The notes below the pieces were generated by a model. That model ran no database searches. It saw only the letters and a list, made by a program, of their open reading frames with translations, and was not told where the DNA came from. A DNA stretch of 64,000 nt from Elsinoe ampelina. Its lineage: Eukaryota. The stretch is taken from contig ML992508.1 in assembly GCA_010093995.1 (NCBI GenBank), positions 1,343,274-1,407,273 of the forward strand, in the 5' to 3' direction. The translations under genes were made by a program, and so were the position numbers. Positions 11,219 through 24,973 of the stretch are shown here, piece after piece; position 1 is the first letter of the stretch; each line of letters begins with the position of its first letter.

Positions 11219-12772
11219 TGTAAGACAGGACTATTGTATTTGTGCGTCACGAACAAGCGTACAGGGCAGGATACAAGTGCTGTTACGGCAGATGAATACA
11301 ATACAAAGACGGCAACATGCGTAGCGTGCGTGAATCTTTATTCTGCGTCTCCTCTGTACGCTGTATCTCCATGACCATGTCCACCATGTCCACCATGTCC
11401 AACCAGACGGCAGTCTGATCCGAACACAAACAGACCCACAATATACAGCTCACTTGCATTCTCCGAGCAGGGTTCGCAGATCACAAACGTCAGTCGAGAT
11501 CAGATCGGTTATCCCTGCCATACAGATCACAGAAATTGAAAGTCGTCTCACGCACACAGCACCCTCTGTGCGCACCGTGGCACGAGCAACACAATGTGAC
11601 AGTAAACGGATGCACTGCACTGCAGTAGGCGTGTCGCACCAAATGGCCGGGCTGCATATCGCTGCATGCTATGCTCCCCAGGACGCACGAAGGATGAAAG
11701 TCTAACCCTTTCATTTTTTTTGATTGTCCCAGACAGACGCAGGCACTGCGCGAAGGATTGCGCGTGGCAGGCACAGCGAGGGGAGTCGGTCATGGGCGTG
11801 GCATGTGGCATACCGACGACGTGGCGTTGGAAATAGGGCAAGGCGGAGGTGATAGAGTAATAAGCGATTGCGACTAAGGACTTGGGGCTATATCGAGATC
11901 AAGGCAGAGAATGTAACTCTACTCCAGCTGTTTTTCCCGCAACCAGGCCAATTGGCAAGCAGATTGTAGAACGACAGACGCCAGCCGGACGAGTGTCGTG
12001 GCTTGTCATGGCGTCTTTATTAGATTGGGAGCCCTCTCTCGGTCCAGCGAAGATCCCTGGGACGGGACGGTCTTCCGAACAATCTCTCGACCACAACCAA
12101 TCAGAACCGACGATCTTGCGGTTGTTGGTTCGTGCGATTGCTGCATCTTGACGTAGAGAGTCGCTCTGCCGGGGCGGACGCTAGCGGACAAGCAGGCGTG
12201 TGCGATGCGCCAGACGAGGACTCGTCAACGGTGATGCATGGAGAAGGCTGGGATTGAGGGGGAGAAAGAAACATGCGAGTTTGAGCGCGTGGAAGAAAAA
12301 TGAAGGAGCAAAATGGCTTGCATGTCTTCCACGAGCAAAAGAAAAGCACACTCGCACGACTCAATCAATTTGCAGCATCCCAGCCCGACGGGTCCCCGGG
12401 CCCGATCTCATCAATCGCGCACGCAGATCGCTGCTGTTTTTGGGTCCTTCGAGGTCGTGACCCCTGTCCGCCCTGTCGAATCCTTCCATTTCCTCCACTC
12501 ATGATTTCATCGGCCCAGAGCAGCGTTGGTGGGCGTCAATGGCTGGCTCCTGGCTCCCTCTCCTCGCCCCGAGAGACTCTTGATCGCTGCTGGGCGTGCA
12601 TGGCCGAACTGTCGACGTGCATGCGACCCTCCCACCACACAGCGAGCTGAGCCAGATAGGTAAAAAGGGTTTTCTCTTCTTCCATGTCCCTGTTCCTGAC
12701 TACATCTCTTCCTCCATCCCCACGACCTGCAGGTGAAGTCGTACTGCAGTCTTGAATTGTGGTACTGGTGTC

Positions 12773-14609
12773 ATGGCGATTTTCAACAAGTATCTCGGCT
12801 TTAGAGGCCGTTCACTCACCGCCGCCATCACCCTTTGCTCTGGTTTGATCTTCATGTGAGTTTCGTCCTTGAAACGCGGCGCCTGTCATCGTTGCTAGAC
12901 TACCAGAGGACGTCGACTGACGCATGACAGCGCCTTTGGCTATGGGCAGGCAGATATTGGTGGCCTCGCGACTGTCGAGAGCTTCAGGCAGTACTTTCCG
13001 GAGATCGACTATGTCGGCACCTTGGAGAGTGCCAGTCCCAGTTCTCAGATAGCGATCGAGCATGGTCAGTCATATCTCCCGTCCCATATTGACCTCACTG
13101 ACATCTCATTCAGGCGTTGTCGTCGCGACTTGGAACATTGGTTGCTTTGCTTCTGCCCTTCTCACCGTCTTCATCGGCGACAAGCTCGGCCGTCGCGGTA
13201 CTCTGATGCTAGGTATCACCATTCTAGGCATCGGCAAGATTATCCAAGCCGCGTCCTACTCTTACCCGCAGTACATCGTGGGTCGCTTCGTCGCCGGCCT
13301 GGGCAATGGCTTCAACGCCTCCACCGCCCCCGCCTGGCAAGCCGAATGCACCAAAGCCCACCGCCGCGGCCGTATGCTCATGGTCTCCTCCGGCGCCTGC
13401 ATCGCCCTCGGCGTCGCCATCGCCTACTGGGTCGACTTCGGCATGGCCTGGGTCCAACCCAACGCAGCAAGCTGGCGCTTCCCCATCGCATGTCAAATCC
13501 TCTTCGTCCTCCCCGTCTTCTTCCTCCTCCCGCACCTCCCGGAATCCCCCCGATGGCTCATCCTCAAAGGCCGCGAAAACGAAGCCCTCGACGTCCTCTC
13601 GGCCCTCAACGACCTCCACCCCACCCACCAAGACGTCCGCGCCGAATTCCTCCAAGTCAAAGACGCCATCCTGCAAATGGCCTCGGGCTCCCCCAAAGAA
13701 GCCTTCACAATGAACGAATACCGCTACCTCCACCGCGTCATCCTCGCCGTCGCCCTGCAATGCATGCAGCAGTTCACCGGCATCAACCTCTTCATCCAGT
13801 ACCTCGCCGAAATGTTCCTCGGCCAAGCCAACCTCGAGCCCTGGATCGCCCGGCTGCTCGCGGCCGCCGCATCCACCGAATTCTTCGCCATCTCCTTCGT
13901 GTCCGTCATCGGCATCGACCGCTTCTGGGGCCGCCGCACCCTCACCATCTTCGGCGCGACAGGCATGGCCGCGACCATGATCGCCCTCGCGGCGGCCAAA
14001 TTCGTCGACTCGGACGCCGCGAGGGTCGTCGTGGCCGTGTGCATGTTCGTCTTCATCTCCTTCTTCGCCGTCGGCTGGCAGGGCATGGCCTGGCTGTGGG
14101 CCGTGGAACTCATCCCTCTGCCCGTGCGGGGGCCCGCCAACGCCCTCGCCACGTCCGCCAATTGGCTGTCCAACTTCGTCGTCGTGCTGGTCGCCCCGTT
14201 GGCTTTTGCCACTATAGGGTGGCGCACGTACGTCGTTTTCGCCGTCACGAACGCCGTCATCGCCCCGGTCATTTACTTCTTCTACCCGGAGACTGGCTGC
14301 CGCAGTCTGGAGGAGGTGGATGTTTTGTTCCATGTCGCGGCCAGGACGGGTCATCCGTGGTGGAGCGTCAGGGATGTCGCGGTGGCGGAACCGTTGTGGT
14401 ATGGTAAGAATGGGAGGAAGCCGTTTGCTTATGAGCAGAGTGAGTGGCACATGCGGTTCGCGAGGTTGAGTAGTGAGGAGGAGAGCGGGAGTGGGTCGGG
14501 AGGGTTTGGGAGTGATGATGGGGGGATGAGGGAGAAGGAGGGGAGTAGAGATCGGGATGAGGGGAGGGGGGATGGGATGGGCAGGGGAAGGGGGAGGGAG
14601 TATGCTTAG
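12773..14609 (+). CDS. MFS sugar porter (STL1-like); introns ~12856-12930 and 13065-13113
   Basis: Sugar-porter motifs GDKLGRR, GRFVAGLG, PESPRWL, QQFTGIN, DRFWGRR, PETGCRSLEE. N-terminal exons read MAIFNKYLGFRGRSL...FGYGQADIGG. Confidence 0.93.
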
Positions 14610-14801
14610 TGTAATTTGACAGAGGACGAGGGATGGGGAGGAGATGGAAGAGACGATTTGCCATGTCACGTGCGATGATATCATGTACCAATAATCTCTG
14701 GAACAGTGTATAAAATGAGTATTCATTAAGCATCAGGTGCTGCTCGCTATGCTTGTGACCACGAAATCATCACCCCTGCATGATTCAAGAATCGAAAGTC
14801 T

Positions 14802-16833
14802 TCATTCCTGCATCGCCTCCCCCACCACCTCCTTCCCTTCTCCCACCCCATTCACCCCTCCCACCTTCTGCGACAAGGGCTCCACCCACCTCCGGAAGAC
14901 ACACATAATGCCCACCTCGCCCGTCGCTACGCACCACTTGCCGCAATTCGACCACGCCACCTGTCTGACCGTGAAGTTATACTTTGGGACTGTGATGGTA
15001 TGATGCGGGTGCAATGGACGAAAGGCGTCGCCCACGTCAAATCTGCTTTCTTTGGCTTTTTGTTGCGTCGATTTACCTCGGGCTTTCTTTTTTGGGCTGG
15101 GTTTGGCTCGACCAGCTGTGATGGTGGGAGTGGCGGATCCTTCGTGGCCGTTGGCTGCTGGTGTGTTGCGGCCTTCGGAGGGGGCGATGCTGGGTGTTTT
15201 TGTGCCCATCGATGGGGTATCTTCGGTGATAGTGGGTGCTTCGTCGTCGCTGTGATCTTCTTCGTTGTCTTCGTTTGCTGTCTCGTAGTCGTCACGGTCG
15301 GTCTCGTTGCCTGCCCCTGGCGTGCTGTCTTTTGTGGTCGAGACGGACGTATCCCTCTTCAGCGGCCCTCGTCGTGGCCGATATCCTCCACGCTTCTTTT
15401 TGTACTTCCTCGGCCCGCTCGGCTCAGCAGACATATCAGACTCCCTTTCAAGAGCATAGAGATCCCAAAAGGAGAATCGAGACTTTTCGTTGCCCATGAC
15501 CAGGATTGGGTGATAGTCCGGTCGATCGAAAAGCGAGAAGCGCATGTAGAATGGTGAACTGTTTGGCATGTCGAACGTCAAGAGTCGCTGGAATCGTCCC
15601 CCGAATGCCGAACGTGTTGATTTACCAAGTTCAGGCATGGGGGGCTTGTCAGGGACAGGTGCCGCCGAAGAGAAGCCATCTATCTTCCACAGTAGAATGC
15701 TATTGTTCTTGTGCTTGTCGTCCATGGTGGTGAATGCAGCGTGTGAGAATATGAGGTCTCCGTGAAATCGCAGACAGTCAACGTAGTCCGAATGGACTTC
15801 TGTACTGCTGAAGAGTGGGAAGTATATACGGTCTACCTTGTCTGACCCAGCGAATCTACCTGGCACCTCGGGGACAGCCCACATGTTGATCATGGTATCT
15901 GTGCCTCCAGACAGTAGATAGGCGCCCCGGGAATGGAATGCCTGGGGGTCCTGTCAGCAATGCCGTTGAGGATGGACTGCGCGGCTCACAATTGCAAGCA
16001 CTGACTGCTTGTGGGCGTCTGGACTGGCGAGTATCGCTGCGCATGGTTGTTTGGACAAGGTTGGATCCAAGTTCCATATTCGGATACTATAGTCTGCCGA
16101 AGCTGAGGCGAGAATGTTTGGAGAGAGTGGTGAGATGGCCAAATCATTGATGGCTCCACCGTGTCCAGTCAAATTCTGCACAGCGTAAGCTAGCTTGGCC
16201 GTGATGTCGCCGGACCGCACTTACCCTCACGAATTCATCCTTGACAACGTTGACAATCTTGATATTCCCTGCTCCAGCACCGCCAAAGCAGATGAGGGGA
16301 TCGCCGGTCTGCAAGTCCTGCGACCATACAAGGCTGTTCAGGGAAGCATCTGGCTGCGATGACTGTCAGCTCACAGTGGGATTGCTGCAAAAATGTCGGT
16401 ATCACCTGGGGATCGCGAAAGGCGCGGAGCATCTCAACAGGATCCTTTGGGTCTGCGGATGGGCGATAGACATAGACCTGGCCCAGTCAGTCACAAGCAT
16501 CACGCGAGTAAGTGTGTTGAGCACATACATCGCGTGCGGCGACCACGGCGAAAACTGGATCCTCATCGGGTTGGGTGTAGGGATAAAACTTGACATCGTA
16601 AATGCTTGCCTGTATATTGTTGTGATAGACAGGTGGCAGAGGGGTGTTCTCATCGACGACAGCTTCCTGGTCGTCGTCATCGGCGATGATGAAGCGTTTC
16701 TGGCTCTTTTTCTTTGGTGTGTTGGCCTATTATGGTCAGTCATTGCACAATGCGTGTAGGATGAACTTGTGCTGACCTGTGAAGCAAGCCTTGTTATGGC
16801 ATGCAGAACAGGGAATTGGCCGGTGGGGAGCAT
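14802..16833 (-). CDS. eed: Polycomb PRC2 WD40 subunit EED/ESC; five short introns
   Basis: Spliced YDVKFYPY...PVFAVV, GHGGAINDLAISP...LASASADYSIRIWNL, VHSDYVDCLRFHGDLIFS, FYMRFSLF and VRQVAWSNCGKWCV. The start codon choice is less certain. Confidence 0.88.
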
Positions 16834-18434
16834 TCTGGCTTTGGAGGCGCGTAAAGTCGGCGATCATGGTCGAGTGATTTCAGTAGAAGTCCGTGATCGA
16901 CGGGTGCGCCATGTGCCGCAGGAAGGATGGGTAATATGGTTTGTGAATTGGCAGTGAGGTATAGTTGACGTGGATGGCGATTGGCTGGAAATGCCAAAGT
17001 GTGGGGCGGAAGACTGGCGGCAAGGACGCTAAATGCGCATCAATAATCTTGCTGGTCTTCTCGTTTCCCTTGTGCAGTTCCACAAGTTCTGGCTTTTTCT
17101 CGCTTCTCATCCTTTCACACAAGCAGACTTCTGAATTCTGGGCGCGGCGCTCTCCGGATTAGTTCCGACTTGGGACGGTGATCTGTACAGAAGTACCAAA
17201 GCTCGTTTGCAGGACAGCGCACGGTGAGGAAGAAGCCAGGCTGCAGCTCGAACCTTGATCAAACTCAAGGCACCTCACCCAAGACACATTCTGGCACCGA
17301 CATTCGCAAACGAGAAAAACGACAGGCGAGAGTGGAGAAAAGGCGGAGCCCTGTCGATCAAGCTTTGGTTCGCAAATCCTCTTCGTTGACGTCTGGCACT
17401 TGTCGTGGTCAAAGTCCCTTGGGTCCCCGTGGGTAATGTACCCCCCGGAAATGCCCTGATACCGCTGATTTGTGTTCAAATACTATCATGCGGCGGTGTA
17501 TCGTTGGCCTTGGTCCAGCAGCAGCAGTGCTCACTCGCTTTGTGGCACTGCGGCTCAATTCAAGCCAATCCAAATGTGGAGCAGTGCCGTGCGAGGAAGG
17601 CGGGGGCGATATGGGAAGGGAACAAGGACAGGTAGAAACAGACGGCACACGGAGACACGCAATGGCAGGAACACCAAGCCTTTCATCAGGCGACACGAAC
17701 ACGGCCTCGAATTGCAGGTCTGGCTGTTCGCTTTTGCCTTTTTACTGCATGCTGTACATCAAATTGGTCTTCTGACTCGGCATTGGGCCTGACTCGTGCT
17801 GTGACGTAACGGGCAGCAGACTCCTCTTTGGCGGACAGTATGTTCGATAATCACAAGACGGCCAGCAGTGTCTTTTACAGCGCGACGTCGTTCAGCTCCC
17901 GTCGTCGTCTGTCGTATTTTGTTCCAATTCATGCCGCTCGTCATCCTGTCACACGGCAGAAATTTGCAAGTGTTGGCGAGGTCTACAGTCAGTTTTGTGT
18001 CATACCGGCGACTAGCGCAGTCCTTTTGGTGTCGTCCGAGTCGAAACTGTGGGACCCTTGCTGGGTCTCGGCAGACAAGTTCGACCATTCCTCTTCCTCT
18101 TCGTGCTCCAGACCAGCTCCAGGTCCGTCTTTAGGTCCTTCTTCTCCCTCTTCACGCCAGCCAATTCACAACGCACCGCACTCTGTCGTCGGCACATCTC
18201 GTTCGACAAAACACTCTGACCTGCACAAATACCTCCCGCTTCCGCGCGCCGCCAATTCCGCCCTTCTGTCCGCCACCGCGTAAAGTCCACTACGACTACA
18301 CCAAGCAGGGCCTGCCGCATTCGGTCGTCTTTTCTCCCGAGACGCTCTGCTCCAACAAGACCACGATTCTTTCCATGAGTGCTGCCTTTACCAAGTCGTG
18401 GTAATGTGCAACAGCACCTTTCTCCTCGTTTGCC

Positions 18435-20364
18435 ATGGATCCACACCGTGCGACTGAGTCGCCCCAGCCACAGCACGACACAGTACACTCTGACGACCCT
18501 ATATCGAACAATCTCAACTTGACCTTCATATCGATACACGGTACGTCGTAGTATGGGCGGAAACATCGTCCAGAGCAATGAGCTGACACTGTCGTAGACC
18601 TATCCGCAGACGCACGCATACTCTATTCCTCCGAGTCGATTGTAGATGTTTTGGGATACACACCAGATGAGATAGTCAACAAATCAGTGTGGGACTTCTT
18701 CCCACAAGAGGAAGTCCCGTATGCAAAACAATTCCATAAACATGGTATCGAGATGGACAAGGCCGCTATGCTGGCTTATTGCAGAGTAAGAGACAGAGAT
18801 GGCAATTGGGTCGGATGCGAGTGTTGCTTCACCGTCGTCTACGATGTCATGGTGGTGTGCACTAGTGTATACCGTAGTGGTCTGCCCAGTCAGAGTAAGA
18901 TTCTCTCACCTCTCTGTATCATGTGCATGCATACTGACCAATCGTTCAGAGCGAGCAATCGAGGCGCCACTCATTCGACGCATCTTCTCTTCGTCACCCA
19001 GAGATCCTCGCTACCACATGTTGTCACATATCTCGCAGAAATTTCAGCAGCCTGCAAAAGCACACGCTCACGAACCTCGAGCCGCCCTTTTCCTCAATCG
19101 TTTCACCCGTACCCTGACTATTATGTATGCTACAAGTGGTATCGAGGAGATACTTGGCATACCATCTGGCGCCCTCCAAGGAAAATCTTTCTACTACTGC
19201 ATAGCCGAGAACTGTCTACCAGACGCCATCAGATGCCTGGAACAAGCAAAGGGTAACGATAGTATAGCGTACCTGCGATTCTGGTATCGAGACCCACGGA
19301 GTCAGGATCCCACCTCCGCCCATCCGAGCGCTGGTGAAGAAAGCGACGAAGAAATGACTACCGACACAAGTGTGGATCAAGACGTCGCAGGCGGCGTTCA
19401 ATTGAGCATCGAGAGCGACCGATCAGAGTCATCTTACCCACTCGAGTCGGACTCTAGCATGGACATCGACACGGAGGAAGAGCCACAATCGAGAACATCA
19501 TCCGGCGATAGTCTCAACCCCACCGAGACACATGAAGGCATCTTCGGCAACAGTAGAGAATCAGAATCATCAGCCTCATCGGCACCAGTCTCGCCAGAAC
19601 AGCAAGCACCAGCCATCGAGCTCGAAGCAGTCATCTCCTGCGCATCTGATGGTCTTGTTGTCTGTCTTCGTCGTGCAAGACCCATGATTCCACCTCCGAC
19701 ACATCGCCCATCTCAGCCAATGTATGCCAATGGTCTGTTTGCAGCTCCTTGGGCCGACGAGCCGATAGTACCTCCGCTCGATGCACGACCACAATTTGGC
19801 GCATCTACCACATTCGCGCCCTCACTAGGACCCCAAGCTGCTCAAGCTCATCGTCCATCAGGGGGTCCTGATCCAAATGACTTCATGAACGCCATCCGAG
19901 AGCAGGCCATTTTCGCATGGGCACTGACCGGTATCAATGGATCCCTGCAAAGGTTCGGAACTGGTGTGCCACGAGGTGAAAGTGTACCCACGAGCGGCCT
20001 GCCCGTCTGGCAGAGTGACAAGTCGTACTACTCAACCGGCTCATCCAACGACTCAGTCGTCGACTCTGCTTCATCATCGACTGTCAAAGGCCAAGCAAGG
20101 TCTCCTGTCGATCAGATGGGAATGGCCGTGGGCAACGACCACAGAAACATCTTCGGCGATCCGGGCATCAAGCATCACAGGAATCAGTCAGCGTCGGGCA
20201 CGTCCAATGGCAATGAGCCCGGCAGAGAACGCCACGATCATGTTTCGCAGAGCATTCCCAACGGACAGCCAGACAGTGCCGTGGGTGACCTACCAGATGG
20301 CATCCCCGGCGGCTGGCCGGAAGGCGCACCTGACGACCACCGTCGCAGAGCTCAGAATCAGTGA
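18435..20364 (+). CDS. PAS-domain protein; introns ~18542-18597 and ~18895-18949
   Basis: TFISIHDLSADARILYSSESIVDVLGYTPDEIVNKSVWDFFP and a second PAS-like segment TIMYATSGIEEILG...GKSFYYCI. Confidence 0.85.
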
Positions 20365-21294
20365 CCGAGAGCCACGAAAATCGTCCACAAGATGGATTAG
20401 ATTCTCAACCTTACCTTTCTTACTTCGACCACCACAACATTACCATGAAAATCATTCCGCCGCGTTTCGGGCTTAACACACGATTGAGACGATGCGACAA
20501 CAGAACAATGTAACAACTCTGTACAACGATACGACCGGATTCTTGACACTTGATTTGTTTTTGGAGGATTTGAGATTGCAGATGACCACGCACACAATAC
20601 CAGGTCTGTTGTTTCAGGGCAGGCCAACGAGGGTCAGTGGCTTCTTGTGCAGGGTATTCACAAGTGGTACCTTAGAACGAGGAGAGGGATGGAAGCATGA
20701 TACACGAAGGGGGTCGCGTGTAGTTCTCGAGAGAGCAGACGTGTTCACCATCAAGACACAGCAGGAGCAATTGAAGCAGCAGACGAAGGGATGCTGGATG
20801 CGAAGAGTCACAACACTCAGTGGCAAGGCTCATGTCCGATCTGGAGCAAATGCCCAATCCGACATGACTCCGAGCACAATCAGCAACGCCACAGATACGG
20901 CGTTAGCGCCAGTCCATGAGCTGGCAGTAGATTTGCAATGCATGACCATGATATCCCCACTCCACAACCTGCACTCTCGATACGGTGACATGTATTCAAT
21001 TACTGAAACTAAACGCTCATATGAACCCCACCAGCTAACTGACCCAACCTCCTCAAGCTACAAACCACCACATGGAACATAGACATTACCACTTCCCCCT
21101 CCACGCTCCCTTGTCTCTGGCTCGCCCAGTCTCACCAACAACCACTCCACGAACCACCCCATCAACAACTCACAATTCCCGCTCACCTCACATCCTCTGC
21201 CCACTCTCCCTCTCCATCCCTCACCCCCTCACCCCCTCAGCCCCACCTCCCAATCCTCCCCCTCCTGCCCGGATACGACCCATGGAAAGGAACA

Positions 21295-24200
21295 TCACAG
21301 CTCAAACTCCATAAACCCCTCAACCAGCCCATCCCCATTCTTCGTGATGGCAGCCCAAACAGGCGCGTACCGCTCCAACTCATCCAACGCAGGCACCGTG
21401 CCCTTTTTGTTGGCGTCGGACCAGACGCACATTGCTTTGCCCTTTAGGCCCACTTTCCCGCCCTTTCTACTTCTCACCGTCCCGAGAGCTCTGGGGGCGT
21501 GTCCGTTTGTGCCCGAGGAGGAGGAGGAGGAGGAGGAGGAGGAGGAGGAGAAGGAGGAAAAAGAGTCGTTGGAAGAGGTAGCCACGTCTACGATGACGTG
21601 AAAGGTGGGGTCGAAAGTGCGGCTCCAGAGACGGATTTGCTCGTTCCCTTTTCTCGACACGAGGGTGGAGTCGGGTTGTGTCTGCCTTCCACCTGGGCAG
21701 TCTAGACTGGTGCTGCTGTTCGAGGATAATGCTGTGGTGTTGAGCCAGGGACAGGCGTTGAGGATGGTGATGTTGGCTATGCTCTGCCCTTTTTGAGGGT
21801 CGGGGGAGAAGTATAGCCTGCAGGACCGGGTATTGAGGCCGGAGAGGGTGAGGAGGTAGCTGTCGATTGTCTCTGTGCTGTCTGGGGAGGAGGAATTGAG
21901 GTGGCGAGTGGAGAGGTGGATCCAGTCTTTCATCTGCGGGGTAGAGGAGGATCTGGTGGTGTTGGGGTGGTGGCGCAGGGGGTTAGGGGCAAGGCCTTCC
22001 CAAGCGCAGGTGCGGAGACCGCGGCGGGCAGCCCAGGTGAGGTCTTCGTGGCGCATAAGGGAGCGGGGAGAAGAGGGAACGCTTTCTTCGTCAACGGGGC
22101 CGGAGACGCCGACGTCACGGCATTCGGCTGCGTTGCCGAGGGATGAAGAGGGCATTTCGGCGACGATTTGCTCGACGTACCCTGGGAGACCGTTCAGGGC
22201 AACAGTGTTGCGGCCAGAGTCTAGGTCGATGCGTTGGACGAAGAAGACCTTCAAACGTGCTTCGCGTGTAAATGGTTCGCCAAGGAGAGAGTAGATCGCT
22301 GTGCCGACAGCAATGAAGAAGATCAGAGTGGGAAGCTGCCAGATGAAGCGATTCAGGACCGTGTAAGAGGGGAGCAGTAAAAGGATCGTGAGCCCAGCAA
22401 TGAACATGTAGATGGTGAGAACATCATTACCGTCAGCAGGCGTCTGATCGAGTGCCGAGGTAAGGAGAAGAGCGACTTGACCCGCTAGAACCAGATTGAT
22501 GGGCAAGAGGAGCAGAGTCTGAAGTATCCAAGTCCATTTCGGAATCGGGCCAGACCAAACCTGTTCGTTCTCATACGGTGGCGAGCTTGACAGATCAGGC
22601 CTGGAGTCTTCCGCCTCTTCCTCCGCAGTTATCACGCTAGGATCATGTGACGGACGTCGCTGGTTGTAGCGAGCAAAAGTCTGCCTATCCCTAGGGCGTG
22701 CTGAAGTGGGCGACAAGAGCGAAGTGCGTTCTGTAGGATCATCGGTCTCGTTCGCCGCACGAGAGGAGGTGGGTCGAGACGAAGTCTGCGGCTGAGGATC
22801 GTGCGACGGACGCCGAGATGCACCTATGTTAATATGTGCGGCATACTGGGACTTTGATGGAAGTGCGAATAGATCCAGGTAAGAGATGTGAAGAGATAAA
22901 AGCACAGTGAGGTTGTAGATCAGGACAAAGTACGAGCCAGCGATATCAAAGCGGGCTGATGCGATCGCAGCACCGAGAAGAATCACCCAAGTGACAATGT
23001 AGAGCCAGAGCAAAGTATAGAGCCGAGACAGTGCTGTAGGCCGGACAGCCGCCAGCAATGTAAGTATGAACCATGAAATGGCGACATGGGTGGCGAGCAT
23101 CATCCTGTCCGAATCAGCGAACTGTTCCTTCAACGGTGTAGGTGTAACTTACGACCATACGACGTATGGACTACTGTAGATGATATACGGATTGATCTTG
23201 GTTACAAGATACGCCAACGCCAGTACTGCAGCCGTCGAGGCAACGAAGGCAATCGGAAAGCGAAAGAAGCCTCTCAGCCCATATAGCTTGACCGGCTCAT
23301 CATCATCCTCGCCATGCAAATAAGTCTTGAAAGAAAAGGGGTACCATTTCCCTTTCTTCTTCAAGATGACTTCCACGACTATCAGAGACACTGGCCCAAC
23401 CGCCAGCAAAGTCACACATAATGCGAAGAGAGTGTGAATCCTCAAAACCGCAAACACTCGGCCAAAGATATCGAACCACACGCCGCTCTCAGAGTCGTCC
23501 ACATCCCATCTCTGCGAGGCCAATTCGCTTGTTGTCGCCAACGCCATGCTTAGCATGTGCCATACACTACCTTTACTGGTATCCTTGGTGTCATCCTGAT
23601 TAGTATGGTATCGCGATCTCGGCTCCATGTAAGCCACATCCAGACCTCTCATGCCCAGAGCCTCGTTGAAGACGGAGTAATCTGTCCCACTGCGAACCAG
23701 ACCCCGCTTGAAGCCGTCTGCGCTGACGACGCTGCCGAATGGGTACTTGCTCTTCGCATACGGAGCCGTGACCGCGGCATCTGTGGAGCGGAAAAGGGTA
23801 GCCCGCCCGCCAGGTCCGGTCCCTTCGAGGTTGAGGAACGCTCGTGTGTGGCGCGAGATGGGATGCTTCAGGTATGCATATGCTCCATATAGACCATCTT
23901 CCTCGCCATTATTCCATAGCAACACGATACCATGGTTCGGCTGCTTGCCTGGTGACGTGAAGTGCGACAGGAGCTGCAACATGGAGACTACACCTGCGCC
24001 ATCGTCCGTGGCTCCATATCCAGTCGAAACCGAGTCGTAGTGCGAATTGACCAAGGTCAAGGACTCTGGAGCTGCTTCCGGGTCGTTCCAGAATAGACCA
24101 GCTGGATCATCCTTTCCTCTTATGTATACTCCCAAATTGTCTCCCTCGAAGTAGTTGACGTACGATCTCGAGTCCGGAAAGGTGATGTTGGACGACCGAT

Positions 24201-24570
24201 CGTCCAGTACCACGGCTAGATTCGACTCGCTGCCTACACGCGGCCCAAGATACGGATTGAAGATGTTCAGACGCGTCTCTTGTCCTGACGAGACGCGATT
24301 GTTCTGTAGTATGTTCCTGATCTTATAATATATGTAACTTCTCACGTTCTGGTTGGCCCTGCTGTTGTACGGGTGGTATTCTTTGCTGATGTATGTGAGA
24401 TCTAGCCATGCTTCTGTGAGGTTAACTCCAGACCAGTTTTGATCTGTGCCGTTCGAGGGAGGAGAAGGTACTCGGTGGTGGACGATCACGAGTGCTGCGA
24501 ATATGGCAATATAGATCGCAGTCGTAAAGATGGTCACTGGTAGCGGTGTGAAGGCGAAAGGGTTCCGCAT
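21295..24570 (-). CDS. PFF1: Vacuolar membrane M28 metalloprotease; intron ~23104-23151
   Basis: M28 motifs LVNSHYDSVSTGYGATDDG, NNGEEDGLYGA, FLNLEG, TDYSVF and YHT, followed by a multi-TM region. Confidence 0.92.
21515..21550 (+). repeat. (GAG)12 microsatellite encoding poly-Ser in PFF1
   Basis: Twelve tandem GAG units, read as TCC codons on the minus strand. Confidence 0.95.
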
Positions 24571-24973
24571 GTTGCTCCTTTCTGCGGATGGTGCAGACAG
24601 GAGGTACACAAGGCGAAGCTCCTCACCGAGCACGACTGTCGGTCAGGTGGGTTGACATGGTCCAGGTCTGCAGCGGTCGAGTCTGAAACCAAGCAACGCA
24701 AAGACTGTAGGTGAGGTGAAGTATGCGGCTCCGGCGGGGATGCGGGGTGGCCATGTGCCTCAGTAACCTCACTAGCATTGTCAAAGGCATTACTAGTCTA
24801 GGCTGACAACATTTGACGCACTGAAACGCTCCAATTCTTATCAGTAAAGCATTTTGTATTCACAGAAAAGACCTCGCAAGTAACGCCTTCGGACTTTGTG
24901 GGTATCCCTAATCACCAACCAAGACCATCTGAACCCGCCCAAAGGTGCATTGCGTTACATCAGCCATAGGAGA

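Noticed and set aside
11375..11401. (CCATGTCCA)x3 tandem repeat downstream of SEC39
   Set aside because: Ordinary short minisatellite with no spacers; not CRISPR-like.
13022..14726. Long alternative-frame and antisense ORFs over the MFS gene (461 aa and 500 aa)
   Set aside because: Shadow ORFs caused by very high GC at third codon positions; low-complexity products with no recognisable motifs.
20492..21082. 196-aa intergenic ORF between the PAS gene and PFF1
   Set aside because: No motifs or coding-like composition; lies in a convergent 3' UTR region.
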